Positions 37,119-49,260 of a stretch of DNA of 64,000 nucleotides are shown piece after piece. The stretch comes from Elsinoe ampelina (taxonomy: Eukaryota). The stretch spans positions 992,001 through 1,056,000 of the forward strand of contig ML992504.1 in NCBI GenBank assembly GCA_010093995.1, in the 5' to 3' direction. Made by a program: the position numbers and the translations under genes. The stretch's first letter is position 1. Each line of letters opens with the position of its first letter. The notes beneath the pieces are model-generated. The model did no database searches. It was not told the DNA's origin and saw only the letters and a program-made list of their open reading frames with translations.

Positions 37119-38267
37119 ATGGCAGAGCATACTTTCCTCCGTGAGAGGTCGTGCTCATGCCAGGACTCTTGTTCGGACCAATATACACCTTCTAAACGTA
37201 ATGGACGATATACACGGCGATCGCTTCACATATACCCAATCACGACTGGTGACCAGCCAATATCTTTAATCACTACCCTCTTCCTCCTATTGGCTCTGGC
37301 CCTTCCTCTCGCCTCAGCCTCTATTATCCCAAACTTCCCGCCTACTGGAGAAGTCCTCACCGCTGAGGAAATCGTCTTCGACCACTCCCCGCCTCCCGCC
37401 CGCGACCTCCTTCTCAAACGCTCCACCCCCTCAGATAGTATCATCTCCGACACCTCCGCCCCACCAGACACCTCCCTCCCCACCCCCTTCGACACGACCC
37501 TCGGCAACAACTTCACCTCCGCAGCCTGCCTACCCTTCTTCCAGACCTTCCTCAGCAACGCCACCTTCTCCGCCTGCCTCCCCTTTAGCCTCCTCCTCCA
37601 AACCTCCTCCTCCTTCTTCCAAACCATCCGCCAACCGGCCCGTCTCGCCCGCACTCTAGACGCGACATGCACCGTCAACGTCACCGACTGCTCCCTCCTC
37701 ATGAGCAACCTCAACACCCAACTCCGCTCGCAAGCCGTATGCGGCGCCGACCTCTCCCTAGGCAACCCAGTCGTGATCCAAGCCGCCAACGGCTTCGCGG
37801 CCTACGACGTGCTCTACCGCGCCGCATGCCTCAAGTCCCGCCTCCCCACCCCGTCCTCCTCTTCGCCCACCTCCTCCTCCCCCTCGTCCGTCCCCGCCCC
37901 GACCTCCACCTCATCGGGAGGCCAATACTGCTTCTCCCTCGCGGCGACTAACCTCTCCGCCCCGGACAGCATGTACACCTACTTCCTCCCCCTGGGCCTG
38001 AAACTGCCCCCGGACGCCCGCCCGGCTTGCACGGGGTGTCTGAAGGATACCATGGCGGGTTTCGCGCAGAGTGCGACGATCAAGGGGCAAGGGGTGGCGG
38101 GGACGTACGAGGCTGCGGCTGCGACGGTGGAGAAGTGGTGCGGGGAGGGGTTTGTGAGGAGGGGGGTCGGGGTGGGGAGTGCTAATGCTGGGAGTAGGGG
38201 GAGGGGAGGAGGGGGGTGGTGGGTGGGGTTGATGGGGGTTGGGGTGGCTTGGTGGGTTGTGGGGTGA
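37119..38267 (+). CDS. Cys-rich secreted/GPI-anchored cell-surface protein
   Basis: Hydrophobic signal-like stretch; LPTPFDT.LGNNFT..C..FF..FL, CLPFSLLLQTS, CGADL..GNP.V, YCF and C..CL motifs; hydrophobic GPI-like tail. Start uncertain. Confidence 0.7.
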   Translation: MAEHTFLRERSCSCQDSCSDQYTPSKRNGRYTRRSLHIYPITTGDQPISLITTLFLLLALALPLASASIIPNFPPTGEVLTAEEIVFDHSPPPARDLLLKRSTPSDSIISDTSAPPDTSLPTPFDTTLGNNFTSAACLPFFQTFLSNATFSACLPFSLLLQTSSSFFQTIRQPARLARTLDATCTVNVTDCSLLMSNLNTQLRSQAVCGADLSLGNPVVIQAANGFAAYDVLYRAACLKSRLPTPSSSSPTSSSPSSVPAPTSTSSGGQYCFSLAATNLSAPDSMYTYFLPLGLKLPPDARPACTGCLKDTMAGFAQSATIKGQGVAGTYEAAAATVEKWCGEGFVRRGVGVGSANAGSRGRGGGGWWVGLMGVGVAWWVVG

Positions 38268-38654
38268 GGAGAGGGATTGGGGATCATGGAGAGGGTCATG
38301 AGGGACGATTTGATTTGGCAGGGCGTTTGGAGGGGTGGGGGTTGTGATTCTGTAGCGTACCCTATGGACTAAGGGCCGGTTTTATGAATGACATGTACAC
38401 CTTTTTTTTCCAGCGAAATTTGACTGTCGTGGAAGGAGAGGAAGAAAGTATTGACATTGTGTGACCTTGACTTGATCACGGTCTGATCAACTCAAGAAGA
38501 CCATGATTCTCCCGTTTGACATGTAACTTCGCCGTCCTGCCAAAACACCATTCTCATTCGTACCGAGTATATACAGTCATGACTCTGCGCATTAAAGTCG
38601 TCACTCTTGAACACAAAAGCACTTTGCCGCCAACCCTACTCATTCTTCTCCAAA

Positions 38655-41439
38655 TCACGTCCATTCACCCCTGACCGGCGTTCCCCTCTCACTCCCCTCC
38701 AGCGCTCTCGCCTTGGCCGCCGCTCTCTCCGCCCTTCTCCTCCGCCTATTATCGTCAAATGCGCTCATCTCCGTCCCCGTCCCCGTTGTCGTCCCGCCCA
38801 TACTAGGATTGACCTGCACCGGACTTGGGCCGTAGCTGCTTTGCCCCACCGGACTGCTGTGCATAGGCACGGGCGGCGGTCCGGGTGGGGGACCTGGAAG
38901 GGGTGTCACTTTGGCCGGCGAAATGCGAGGCGGACCTTGGCTGCCAGGTATGGCTGTTGGGACGGGCTGAGTGACTGTCGTAATTCGCTCCGAGCTGATG
39001 CGCGATGTGGCTGGCGGTGGAGGCGGTATGTTACTTATCGGTGCTGTTGCACTAGGTCTGACACGTCGGCGATACCCACCTACTCCACCGTCGCTTTCAA
39101 GGCCGGAGCTGAGACTCTCGGCACGTTGACGTCTTCGTGCGCGGCGCTCCCTGCGACGGGCTTCGCGTTCGGCAGCAGCTTCGGCAGAGTTGAGACGTCG
39201 GAGGGTGACGTGTCGATTGTCATCGTGAATCTTGACTTTGACGCTTACAGGTGGCTCACCGCCAGCATCTGTCGTTGTCGAAGTGTCGTATGTATCTGTT
39301 CTTTGTAAAGAAGACGATCGACGATTTCGACGACCTTTGACTGCTTCTGTCGCGAGTGCTGCGGCTGCACTAGTAGCAGCTGGGGTAACTGTATCGGTGA
39401 AGCGAACTCGAGATGTGTTGGACTCTGGGAAAGCGGCTGTCGATGCTGGTCCGGGACCTGTCGGCATGGGCAGACCTGCGGAATCTACTGGATATCCAGG
39501 TCGTGTGGTCGGCCGACTTGTCGATGAGTAAGTATCAGTGACGATGCTATGAGGAGCTGCAGCTGATGCAGGCAATGGTGGAACATTGGTGTTCGGAAGG
39601 GAATGGCGAGATAGTGCAGGGTTGCTACCTGTCAACCCGAGATCCTCCTGAACAGTCTCGTCAACCACTGATTCTCCAAACCCTGGTCGCCGCCTCTGAG
39701 TCCGATTAACGCGGTCCGCGATCTCTTCATCATAACGTCGAAGCTCTTCAGCCCGACGTTCCTCCTTCCGCTCGCGACGTTGCGTATTCTTCCGTCTAAG
39801 AAATTGAAGTCCTGTCAGACCTGCAAGTGTCGCTGCAAGACCTTGGCGCTTTGTGATCCCGCCCGATGGCCGCTCAGCATTTGGACTGCCATAGGACTCT
39901 ACGCTGGACACTGACGAAAAAGATCCGCTTCTCCTGGGCCGTAACCTCGACGGTCGTGGCGTCCGGATGGGTCGAGTGGGGCTGGAAAGGGGAGTCTCGT
40001 CGTACTCGGTCGTCTCAATCCTGTCTGTTCGCCTTCGATCTGCTGGTGAGAAGGGAGCCTGTCCAGCTTCTACACGGGAAATGTCAGTCCTGCTGACACT
40101 GCCATTACCACCTAGTGGAGGCCTGCTGTAAGTCCCAGATGGTCTGCTGTACACTTCAGAGGTCGGGTCGTATGAACCAAGCTCACTCTCCTCATCCCTT
40201 CGATTCTTGCTCGTGAAGAGGCGTCGGACCCCTTCGATCGCTGCGAAGCCAGCTCCAGCTCCGAGAATACGGTTGCGCCACGTCGTAGCACCGCTTTGCG
40301 GCGGTGGCAACTTCTCATCTTCAACGTAAGAACCTGAAGTATGCCGCGAATGTCGTGATACCCGAGAACGCGATCGCGAGCGAGATCTAGACCTCGACCC
40401 ACGTCTCGATCTTGAGCCTGCCCGGGAATTACGAATTTCTGTCTCGTCCACGTATGTCTCCTCGACCTCCTTCTTCTTTCTGCGGTTCTTCAGGGCCTTC
40501 CACCCCGCAAACGCTCCACCTAGCAAAGCTGTGTTCCTCAAGAAGTGGCCGCCCTTCTTCTCTTCCCGCTCCTCAATGACTTCGGTCGTCCTGCCAGTCC
40601 GCCTACTTCTACCAGATCGTCCAGAGACGTAGCTGCCGTCATATTCGGAACCGATGAAGCGCTCCGATTGGTAGCGGTATGAAAGTACAAACCACACCAG
40701 GACCCATGCAGCGACGGCGAGTGCATAAATGACGAAGAAGGCGATTGGAGCGCCGTAGAGAGCAAGACCGAGAGGCACTTGAGCGAGTCCAAGCAGGGCG
40801 ATGGCGCGTCCGAACCAATGATGTAGCTGATCATGTAAGTAAGTAGACTTGGACAAGGGAGAGATCGACTGACCATAACCTTGACTGAGAGGTAATCTCT
40901 ATCCTTGCGCTTCTCCAGTCTCCGGACAATCGCCCCGCCAATGACTTGCACGAGGACCAGAGTATATAGCGCTACACCGATGCCGTGATGTGGATTTGAC
41001 AGACTCCGTTCCGGCCCTACGGCGAACCATCCCAAGATGAGTACAACCGTGAGAAGGAAGACGACGAGGATCTGGATCCACACATGTATATGAATAGCCC
41101 GCCGTCTGTTTCGTTGAGAGAATCTAACAATTGTGATTGCCAGGGGTATCAGTATTAGGAAGATGACGGATGCTATGGCACCGTGGGCTTGAACAAGAGA
41201 TTGATAACCCGGCAGCTCTCGGAATCGATTGGCCATGCCTGTGGGTGTTAGCATACCCCGAGACTTTTGTATATTACGGAGCGTGGCCCACCATTGTATT
41301 GTGTTGTAGCAAGATTGAAGCCGACTAGGTTCGGTAACAGGAACGAGTTCCGGGTGGCATCCCAAGTACCATCGCCGACGTACAATGTGCCAGAATCATA
41401 TTGACTACTCCCTGGTGTTGACAAGCCATCTGTAGACAT
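38655..41439 (-). CDS. Cytochrome b561-domain membrane protein with long Arg/Ser/Pro-rich cytoplasmic tail
   Basis: Three exons; heme-ligand-type His in AHGAIA, IHVWIQ, NPHHGIG and LHHWFGR within TM helices; long low-complexity C-terminus. Confidence 0.75.
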
Positions 41440-42475
41440 GGCCGTCCACCCACCTCCAAGGGTGGCCTCGTGGGCTGCCCGCCCTTCTCTTTCTGCCCAG
41501 GCCGCTGTCCTGCGAGAGGTGTGTGCCGCAGTAGTGTATCGTTATCGACGGCTCGTCATGCCGGAGTAAACGGCGGTGGGCGTGGAATGTGGGGAAAGCT
41601 CCTCGAGCTTGTTTGACGATTTTGGCGGACTGAATGTTTGTGCTGATCCGTAATTACTGTATCACTGAAGTCCTTGTATGTGTGATGGCGACGCAGAATG
41701 TGCCAGCAATCGTAAGCCTGTGAGTTGTCTAGCTGAAAGGAAAGGGTGGGTTCATGCAAGACCAAGATTTTGTGCCATCATGCATGTCTAGCTCGGTGGC
41801 CCAGGGCAGCTGTCCAACCAGCGTCCATTCAGCGTCTTCAGCCCCCACGAACTCGGTTGCGCGGGACAACAATCGCCAAGGCTTTGTTCGCTCCGGCCCG
41901 CTCGCTTAGGAGATCTAGTGTACAGCTTTTGAGATGAGCAGTCGCAGCAAAGATGCTGCAATAATGAATCAAGTTCATCTTGGAATGCAAAGTTTCGTCG
42001 ATCCGTCATTCGTATGTCAGCAAATGCCTCAGGTCAACCTGGTCAGCCACCACTTGCGATTACGTCTAGCGCCGGGGACGCCGCGAAAACCATTGCTGTA
42101 ACTTGCTGTATGCTGCGCGGCCAAGGTGAAACATTCGCGGGGGCTTTGTCCGGAAAAGTGCCATCAAAGCTTCATCAGCGAATGCGAGCCCGTCTTCTCA
42201 TCTCTAGCCACATCCGTATCACAAACGCAAGATGAGGTGCTGGCAGTCAGGACATGTGGACGTTCAGGGGGCGTCTGCACTGTCGATCCAGTAATCAGCC
42301 TGAAGGCTGAAGACGCGCACAATTTACCCCTGGATGTTCCATGGAGTGCGTCCACCCCACAGTCTCCACCTACATCACCCTGCGCATTTGGTGGAACCTC
42401 ATCTCATGACCTGCACCCCATGACTCTAAACTTTCTGGCCAGCTCGAAGATGTGGGTAACACCCGAGGTCAGATA

Positions 42476-42820
42476 CTGGATCTACTGCATTCAGCCGGTG
42501 AGCAAGCAACATTGTCCTTCGATATTATTGTTTCAAGCTTTCGCGAAGCAGCGTGCCGCCATAATCGTTCCTCTTGGCTCCATCTGGGTGAATAGCCAAG
42601 TAGGACTTGGCTAATGCTTCGTGCGTTCTCTCAAGGTCGGTAATTTGCTCGGCGGTACTGCTTGGAGTGCCTGGAGCTACTGCATTCAGCCGTGAGCAAG
42701 CAACATGTTCCTGGATATCACTGTTCTAAGATTTCGCGAAGCAGCGTGCCGCCATGATCGCCCCTCTTGGCTAACGCTTCGTGCGTTCTCTCAAGTTAAG
42801 CAGATTGCTCGGCTGTAATG
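42476..42820 (+). repeat. Imperfect tandem duplication in the xylanase promoter with GGCTAA (XlnR-type) motifs
   Basis: Block CTACTGCATTCAGCCG..GAGCAAGCAACAT..TTCGCGAAGCAGCGTGCCGCCAT..CTTGGCTAA.GCTTCGTGCGTTCTCTCAAG occurs at about 42482 and 42677; TATA-like TATAAG near 42855. Confidence 0.85.
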
Positions 42821-42949
42821 CTAGGAGGGCCATCCGCAGCAGCCGGACAAGAGGTATAAGTAGACCGCTTCATTCCATATCTCACACACGGGGACCATCC
42901 ACCGCAAGACATCCAAGCCTCTCATCCACATCTCAATCTACCATCCAAC

Positions 42950-43698
42950 ATGAAGTTGTCCACTGTCCTCGCCGTCCTAGCAGGCTCCGCCATCGCCTCC
43001 CCCGTCCCAGCTGAGGAGAGCAAGGCCCTCGTCAAGCGCCAGAGCATCAACTACGTCCAGAACTACAACGGCAAGCTCGCCAACTTCCAGTACAACCAGG
43101 GCACCGGTGGCATCCACGCCGACTGGAACAATCCTAGCGACTTCGTCGTCGGTCTCGGCTGGAGTCAGGGTACCTCCAACAGGGTCATCAACTTCGGCGG
43201 ACAGTACACCTCCTCGTCCTCATCCTACCTGACCGTCTACGGCTGGCTCAACAGCCCCCTTACCGAGTACTACATCGTCGAGAACTACAGCTTTGACCCC
43301 TGCTCAGTCAGTAACACCCAGGTCGTCGGTAGCGTAACCAGCGACGGCTCCACCTACAAGATCTGCAAGCACACTCAGGTCAATCAGCCATCCATCGTCG
43401 GCACTGCCACTTTTGGACAGGTAAGTGCCAAAGACATGCTGTTGATCGACCTAGTCAAGTCCTAATATGTGCACAGTACTTCTCCGTCCGCCAGAACAAG
43501 AGGAGCTCGGGCAGCGTCACTGTCGCCAATCACTTCAATGGTGAGTCTCTTCCAATCATGCTAATCATGGGCACCTGCTGATTAAACTGCGCAGCTTGGA
43601 AGAAGTCTGGCTTCGCCGCCAGCAACTACAACTACCAGGTCTTTGCCGTCGAGGCCTTCGGAGGCTCCGGTAGCGCCAACCTTCAGGTCAGCGGTTAA
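42950..43698 (+). CDS. Endo-1,4-beta-xylanase, GH11
   Basis: Signal peptide and KR propeptide; FVVGLGW, YLTVYGW, EYYIVE (nucleophile), NQPSI.GTATF, and YQVFAVEAFGGSG in the last exon. Introns 43421-43476 and 43541-43594. Confidence 0.95.
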
Positions 43699-44160
43699 AC
43701 GCCAGGCCACCACTCAACCTCGCTTCGTTTCGAAGACTGTGCACCTTTTTGTTATCCCACAAAAGTACGAGCCCTTCAAAAAACCATCATCTTCGTCGAA
43801 CATCATCCTCAGGGGGTCCATTCGGGCGAGCTAAGAGAAAATCACTACTGCTCCTGGTGGAACCAAATTCTTGTATATATCATTCTCCGTTGGCAAGTCA
43901 TCGACATGAATCGATCTTGTTCATCAGGCTGTGCTTATTTGGTATTGTGTGCCGCGAATGTAGAGGATGAATACTACAGCTGCTACAATGCTGACCAGAG
44001 CCTGAATGCTTCTGCTGGTGATGGTAGGATTCCAAATTGACACTCGTCATCCATGAATGTCTTCCTCAATCCGAAAATGGCAGTGACACTCTCCCCACGC
44101 ACAGGAACTAACCTTTCAGGGAACGCCTCTCTTCCTTCGGCCGATTTCCACCGTCATGCA

Positions 44161-44226
44161 TACGGTAGCTTCCGCCAAAACAGTCAAAACAGTCAAAACG
44201 CTCAAAACCATCAAAACGCTCAAACC
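44161..44226 (+). repeat. Left TIR with 9-bp CAAAACnnT subrepeats
   Basis: TACGGTAGCTTCCGC then CAAAACAGT CAAAACAGT CAAAACGCT CAAAACCAT CAAAACGCT CAAAC. Confidence 0.9.
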
Positions 44227-44451
44227 TAGCATTTGCTATTACACCACCTCCCCGCGCACCACCTATACCACTTATTGCAATGATTCTTATTGCAATCGAC
44301 AGCTCTCATGACGCTCTATCGTTTGATGTAAGTATTATTCTCTTATTGTATACCTTCAGTTTTTTGTGGCTTGGCGCCGGTATAAAAGCCAGGTGCGCTG
44401 GTTTTCTGTACCTTCCTTCCTATTACCCCCTAACATACCACACCACTCGAT

Positions 44452-46050
44452 ATGGCTTCACAATCCGCTGCAATCGAGGTGGATAGGCCTCTTATCGAGT
44501 ACTAGTTGCTGCACGAGCGCTGTAATTAGCCTAAAGTACTCTAGAGGCTATTAAGGCGTAGTTACACCCTGTCGCTTAGAACGCTCTAGCGCCTCTTGCA
44601 AGGCTGGCAGCTCTCCACCCACCCTAAGGCACTAGTCGACTCCGAGGCCCTCTGCCGCAGCATTAAGGAGCTATTCCAGCTACGCATCAGCTGGCAAGAG
44701 ACGCTAGAGGTACTAAAAGAGCAAGGCTTCGATATATCGTTAGGGATGCTAAAGCGCCTATGTAAAGAGTTAGGCCTTATCTATCGGATTGATCGAGAAG
44801 AGGACGAGGTTAAGTACAAGCGAACACGGCAGCTACTGCAAAGCAAATACGACGCTAGTAATATTAAGGATTAGGGCCTCGGCCACCTTTACACCTATAT
44901 AAGGCAGAAGCATAGGATTGTCGGGAGGTAATACGTGTTTACAATGCGTTTGCCAGTCGGTTTACTAACTCTAACCTAGTCGGCGCCTTTACCGCGCCGC
45001 AATTGTAATTAATTCCTTAGCGTTCTAGATTTGTAGTGACTAGCGGCCTGCCGGTCACGGCGTACAAGACGTGCTAGGGCTAAACTATACCTGGTCGATG
45101 GACGCCTATTGCAAGCTTAAGGAGTATAGCATCGAGATTTACGCCGCAATTGACGAATTTTCACGCTACATCGTTTGGGCCTATATAGGCTTCTCGGCAA
45201 GGAAGGCTATATCAATTGTAAAGCAGTACACTACTATTGCTACCTTATGTAGCCGGATCCCCCTCGAGATCCGCACGGATAGAGGGGGCAAGACTGCGAT
45301 GGTCTTATAAGCGCATCTCGACGCTCGGCGTTAGCTAAGTAGTCTCCCTTTAGAGGTGGATAAAGCCTTCTTATTCGGCACAAGTAAGCAGAATTAGCGT
45401 ATTAAATTATAGTAGGCCCAGCTTGCAAAGAGCACTACGAACCGCTAGCGAAGATAGTTTGCCGAGCTAAAGAAGTTAAAGCGCTAGAAGCGCAATCTTA
45501 TCGCTTACTAAGTCGCTCTTATAGCTGTGTACACGCCTATCCTTTGCGTAGAGGTGTAGCAATTCGTGCATTAATAGAACTATCACCGCATCTAGAAGCA
45601 GCCGAGACAACCGCACACGATTATAGAGGTGCCGAGGCTCCTATATCATTATCTAGGGATAGTCGGCGTATAGAACTATACCGTTACTATACTACCTAAC
45701 TAATTCGACGATTTAGACTAGTACACTAGCGAATTCGGTAAGGTGCGAGTGCTAATAGATATTTGCAGCTAATTAAGCACTAGATTACAAGTAATATCTA
45801 CCCTCTAACACCCTTAATCTCTATACCTTAATTCTCTCCGCTGCCGGCCTCTAGCCTTATAATAGTTAAGCAACTAATGCTTGTAGTGTTAGACTCCACT
45901 AGAGGGCTTATTTCATGCTTCGTGATGCACTAATCGAGCACGATTAATAGCAGCGCTATTCTCTACTATCGGAGTGCTAAAAACTAGATAATCCTCGAGG
46001 CTATCAATTACGTACAGAAGTTGCCGAGCAAATCGCAAACGCCGAGTAAA
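44452..46050 (+). pseudogene. RIP-degraded Clr5-like + DDE transposase
   Basis: TATAAAA at about 44381, ATG 44452. Two Clr5-like HTH repeats (SLRTL*RLLQGW; ISLGMLKRLCKELG), intron at about 44928-44979, then TWSMDAYCKL..IEIYAAIDEFSRYIVW, PLEIRTDRGGKT and GTSKQN*RIKL** (de-RIP: NQRIE.WW). End approximate. Confidence 0.85.
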
Positions 46051-46176
46051 CACACTACGAATATCTAACTTATGTATATTAAATCCCCCCTCTAATATAC
46101 TAGGGCTTTCCTACTCTATTTTCTCTACGGTTTTTGCTTATTACTGCTGTGTTGTTTATTTGTTACTACTAGCGAG

Positions 46177-47860
46177 ATGCCGCTACCTTCTTAGGCACCT
46201 TTTTATAAATATAAAGGCTCTAATTACGTAGTTAAATATAGACACCTCGCTGAGTGTCCTATTTACTATAAGACTAATCTAAACCATTAATAAGCAAGCA
46301 TAGCATTAACGCTAGAAGAGCCTTAGTGCTAACCTATATAGGCCAGTCTATCTCGCGCACTATCTAGTAGTCTAACTTGCGCGCTATCTTAGGCTAACAT
46401 AGACTAACTCGCGATTACAGCGGCGAATATAAAGCGATCTATAGCGCCGGCGCTAACCGCATATAGTAGTCTCTCGACTAAAGCCGATACAGTAAGGCAT
46501 ACTAGATACTAGAAGGGCAAAAAGGCTAAAGGCGTGGCAGCACAATTGCCACATACAGGATCTTTGCTAGTCTCTTAGCGTTTGTATAAGAACTCGCCGA
46601 ACAATTCGCCTAACGAAGAAACTCCTAAAGAACTAAAGGCTAATAAAGAGCAAAGGATTAGACTTCACCTCTACGGCCTAACAATCGAGATAGAGTATAA
46701 GCTTAAGTATAGCATGCCTTATAAGAAGATTGTCTCTTAGCTAGAGCTAACTAAGTAGACAGACTAGATTACGCCGTTAGAGTTTAATGCCGAATTGCTA
46801 GAGAGTGACTACTAAAGAACGTTCTTCTTGTTAAATTTAGTCTATAGTCACTGCCCTAATCCTGCTATCCGCGATCTAGAAATAGTAATACCACGCTTTA
46901 CGAAGCGCTATTTCGCACTAATAGAGAACGATAAGGCTATGCCTATTACTAATAACGTCTTCTAGTAGCTAAGCATCTAGAAGATGTTAGTTGGCCTCCT
47001 ACGTAAGTCAAAATCGAAGCGTACTACTATCGAGCATCTCCTTTACGTCGTGATTAAACAAGCTAAGGACGACAAGTCGAAGGAATAGTGGAAGCGTATA
47101 GAGTATCTATAGAGAGAGTTAGGATCTCCGAGTTACGCTGCGAACGCTAATGTAAATACAATAATATCCTTAGCTACGAACACCGAAGCGAATATTAAGG
47201 CTAATTCGTAGGATAAAAATCTTTTTATAGAGGACACCGACTTCTTGTTTTTGAATACTTCTAACGACGTTAATATTAAGCCGGAACCCTTGTCGGTTAA
47301 TAATAAGATTAAGGCCTTAATCGAGGAGCGCACATAGCAAGTTTTAGTAGCTAGGGCAAAGGGGAAGGAGAAGTAGCCTAGCTAGCTCGTTAACGGCAAG
47401 GAGACTATCGACCTTATAGAGTCTTCACTAGCCGCACCTGCTGCTGCCGTGCTAGCTCTACCACTAGAGACTCTACGCTTCTAGCTTCGTGCTAGGAGCC
47501 TTCTTGCAAGCATACCGACTAGCATAGTCGGCGGTGTTAAGTCATTAACTACATAGGACAATCTCTTTAACTTAGATAGTACCGCCGAGCCTCTACTACC
47601 TTTTGACACCCCTCGGTAGCCACAGCGTGTAGTGCTAAGTAAGGAGACCCTCGGCAGGCTAATAAACTTGCTATATAGCTCTCCCTTTAAAGCTAAGTCG
47701 TCTATAGGATTAGAGTAAAGGATTAAGACTAAGGTAACCTCTAAGGAGCATTAAGAATAGTACGAGCAAGTTAACGAGCCTAAGCAATTATATCAACCTC
47801 GAACACATAAGCAAACACGAAGCGATCACTCGGTTAAGGCTAGTAAGCGTTAAAAGACTA
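46177..47860 (+). pseudogene. RIP-degraded accessory ORF2 of the transposon, unknown function
   Basis: ATG 46177 and about 1.7 kb of protein-like frame broken mainly by TAG/TAA (e.g. RTFFLLNLVYSHCPNPAIRDLE, ARAKGKEK); no domain recognised. Confidence 0.55.
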
Positions 47861-48222
47861 TAGTTAATCCAACTGACTACACTCTCTGTAGTTACACTAG
47901 CTACAAGGCTAAAAGGCCTTACAAGTCTATGCTAGGGTTATAGGCTTGCCTAAAAGGGTAAGGCGTGGTTTGACACCCTATATATATACTTCTTCTTGCT
48001 AATAATTCTCTTCTAGTAAAAAACCTCTTTACGGAGAGGAGGGAGGAGAGGAAGGAGAGTAAGAGCCCCCTATGCAGCGGAGGGTACAAGCACCCTCTAC
48101 TACATCCCACCGCCTTACTATTAGGGTAGTAGGGTAGAGAGGGGGGATGCGAGGGAGGGTAGGGGTAGGGGTAGCGGTAGGGGTAGGGTCAGGGGCAAAG
48201 GTGTTAGTTAGGGGTGCACGAA

Positions 48223-48415
48223 TTAGACAGTGTAAGTTAGACAGTAGTAGAACAGTTCGCGGTGCAAGCTAGATAGGTGGTAGACCAGTTTGCAGTGCGA
48301 GCTGGACGGCAGTATACGAGTTAGACGGCAGTAACGAGTTAGACGGCAGTACGAGCTAGACGGTAGTAACGAGTTAGACGGCGGTGTACAAGTTAGACAG
48401 TGCAAGGTAGACAGT
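48223..48415. repeat. Degenerate tandem repeat (unit about 16-20 bp, GAGTTAGACGGCAGTA) inside the transposon
   Basis: Repeated GAG(T/C)TAGAC(G/A)G(C/T)(A/G)GT units read directly. Confidence 0.8.
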
Positions 48416-48559
48416 GCGAGTGGAATTGCTAGTAGTTCGCTAAGTAATTCGTAGTATATACAGTTACGATTTAACATCGACTAGAGGAGGCGATACAAAG
48501 GGGGTAAAATTACAGTCTATAAACTCCAGGAGAATGTATAGGTATCATGTTCGCTACTA

Positions 48560-49260
48560 GTTTATAGGCCTATTCGCAAGTTTCGCAATTCTATCCCTTA
48601 GCTACTATAGCTTAGCCTTAGTAGCAAGCGCATTATTCTCTAGCGCCTCTACTCTCTACTTAAGCTCCTTAATGCGGCCCGCAGTCACCGGCTTCTAATC
48701 CTCTAGCTCCTCCTTCGTAAGCTAAGGGGCGTACCCCTAGCGATAGTAGCAGTAGCAGTATATATACGACTTAGACGGCTTATTAAGGAAGCAAGCACAC
48801 AGCTCGTTTGCCTTCATACACTGTTTATAGGCGCGTTCGCTAATGCCGCCTTCGTCTGTCTCTATAATGCAGCCGATGGCGTCGTACATGCGGAGCGTTA
48901 TAAAGTCCTTACTACGCTTGTTACTACTAGTCTCGCAGGTGTTAACGAGCTTAAACTAGTTTAACTCGGAGATAAACTAAAATCTGGCTGGATTCTCGGT
49001 CTTAGGGCGGCGGTACGAGTATGTAATAGGGTAGCTATGCGAATCAGTGGCGAACACTAGCCTAAGGAGCTACGAAGACATATACGGCCTTAGAGTTACT
49101 AGTTATTTCCTTAGAGGTATTAGAGGCATAGGGATCGTTGTTGATCGCAGCGTCTAGCGCTTGCGGATTGTATCTTCTAGAAGGCAAAGTCAGTAGCGAA
49201 CCAGCTGCGAACATGCTGTGATGCATACTTAGTAGAGGTTGCTTTAGTAGTGTTAGCTAT
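48560..49260 (-). pseudogene. RIP-degraded accessory ORF3 with Cys-cluster and coiled-coil signature
   Basis: Minus-strand intron 49177-49228 (GTATGC..CTGAC..TAG). Frame reads LRMYDAIGCII..ERAYKQCMKANELCACFLNKPSKSYIYCYC..RIKELK*RVEALENN. Limits approximate. Confidence 0.5.

Noticed and set aside
48121..48215. Telomere-like TTAGGG/TAGGG sequence
   Set aside because: Only isolated TTAGGG hexamers, not a tandem array; may derive from RIP of TGGGG tracts.
48223..48415. CRISPR-like repeat array
   Set aside because: Short degenerate units with no unique spacers, no cas genes, fungal host.
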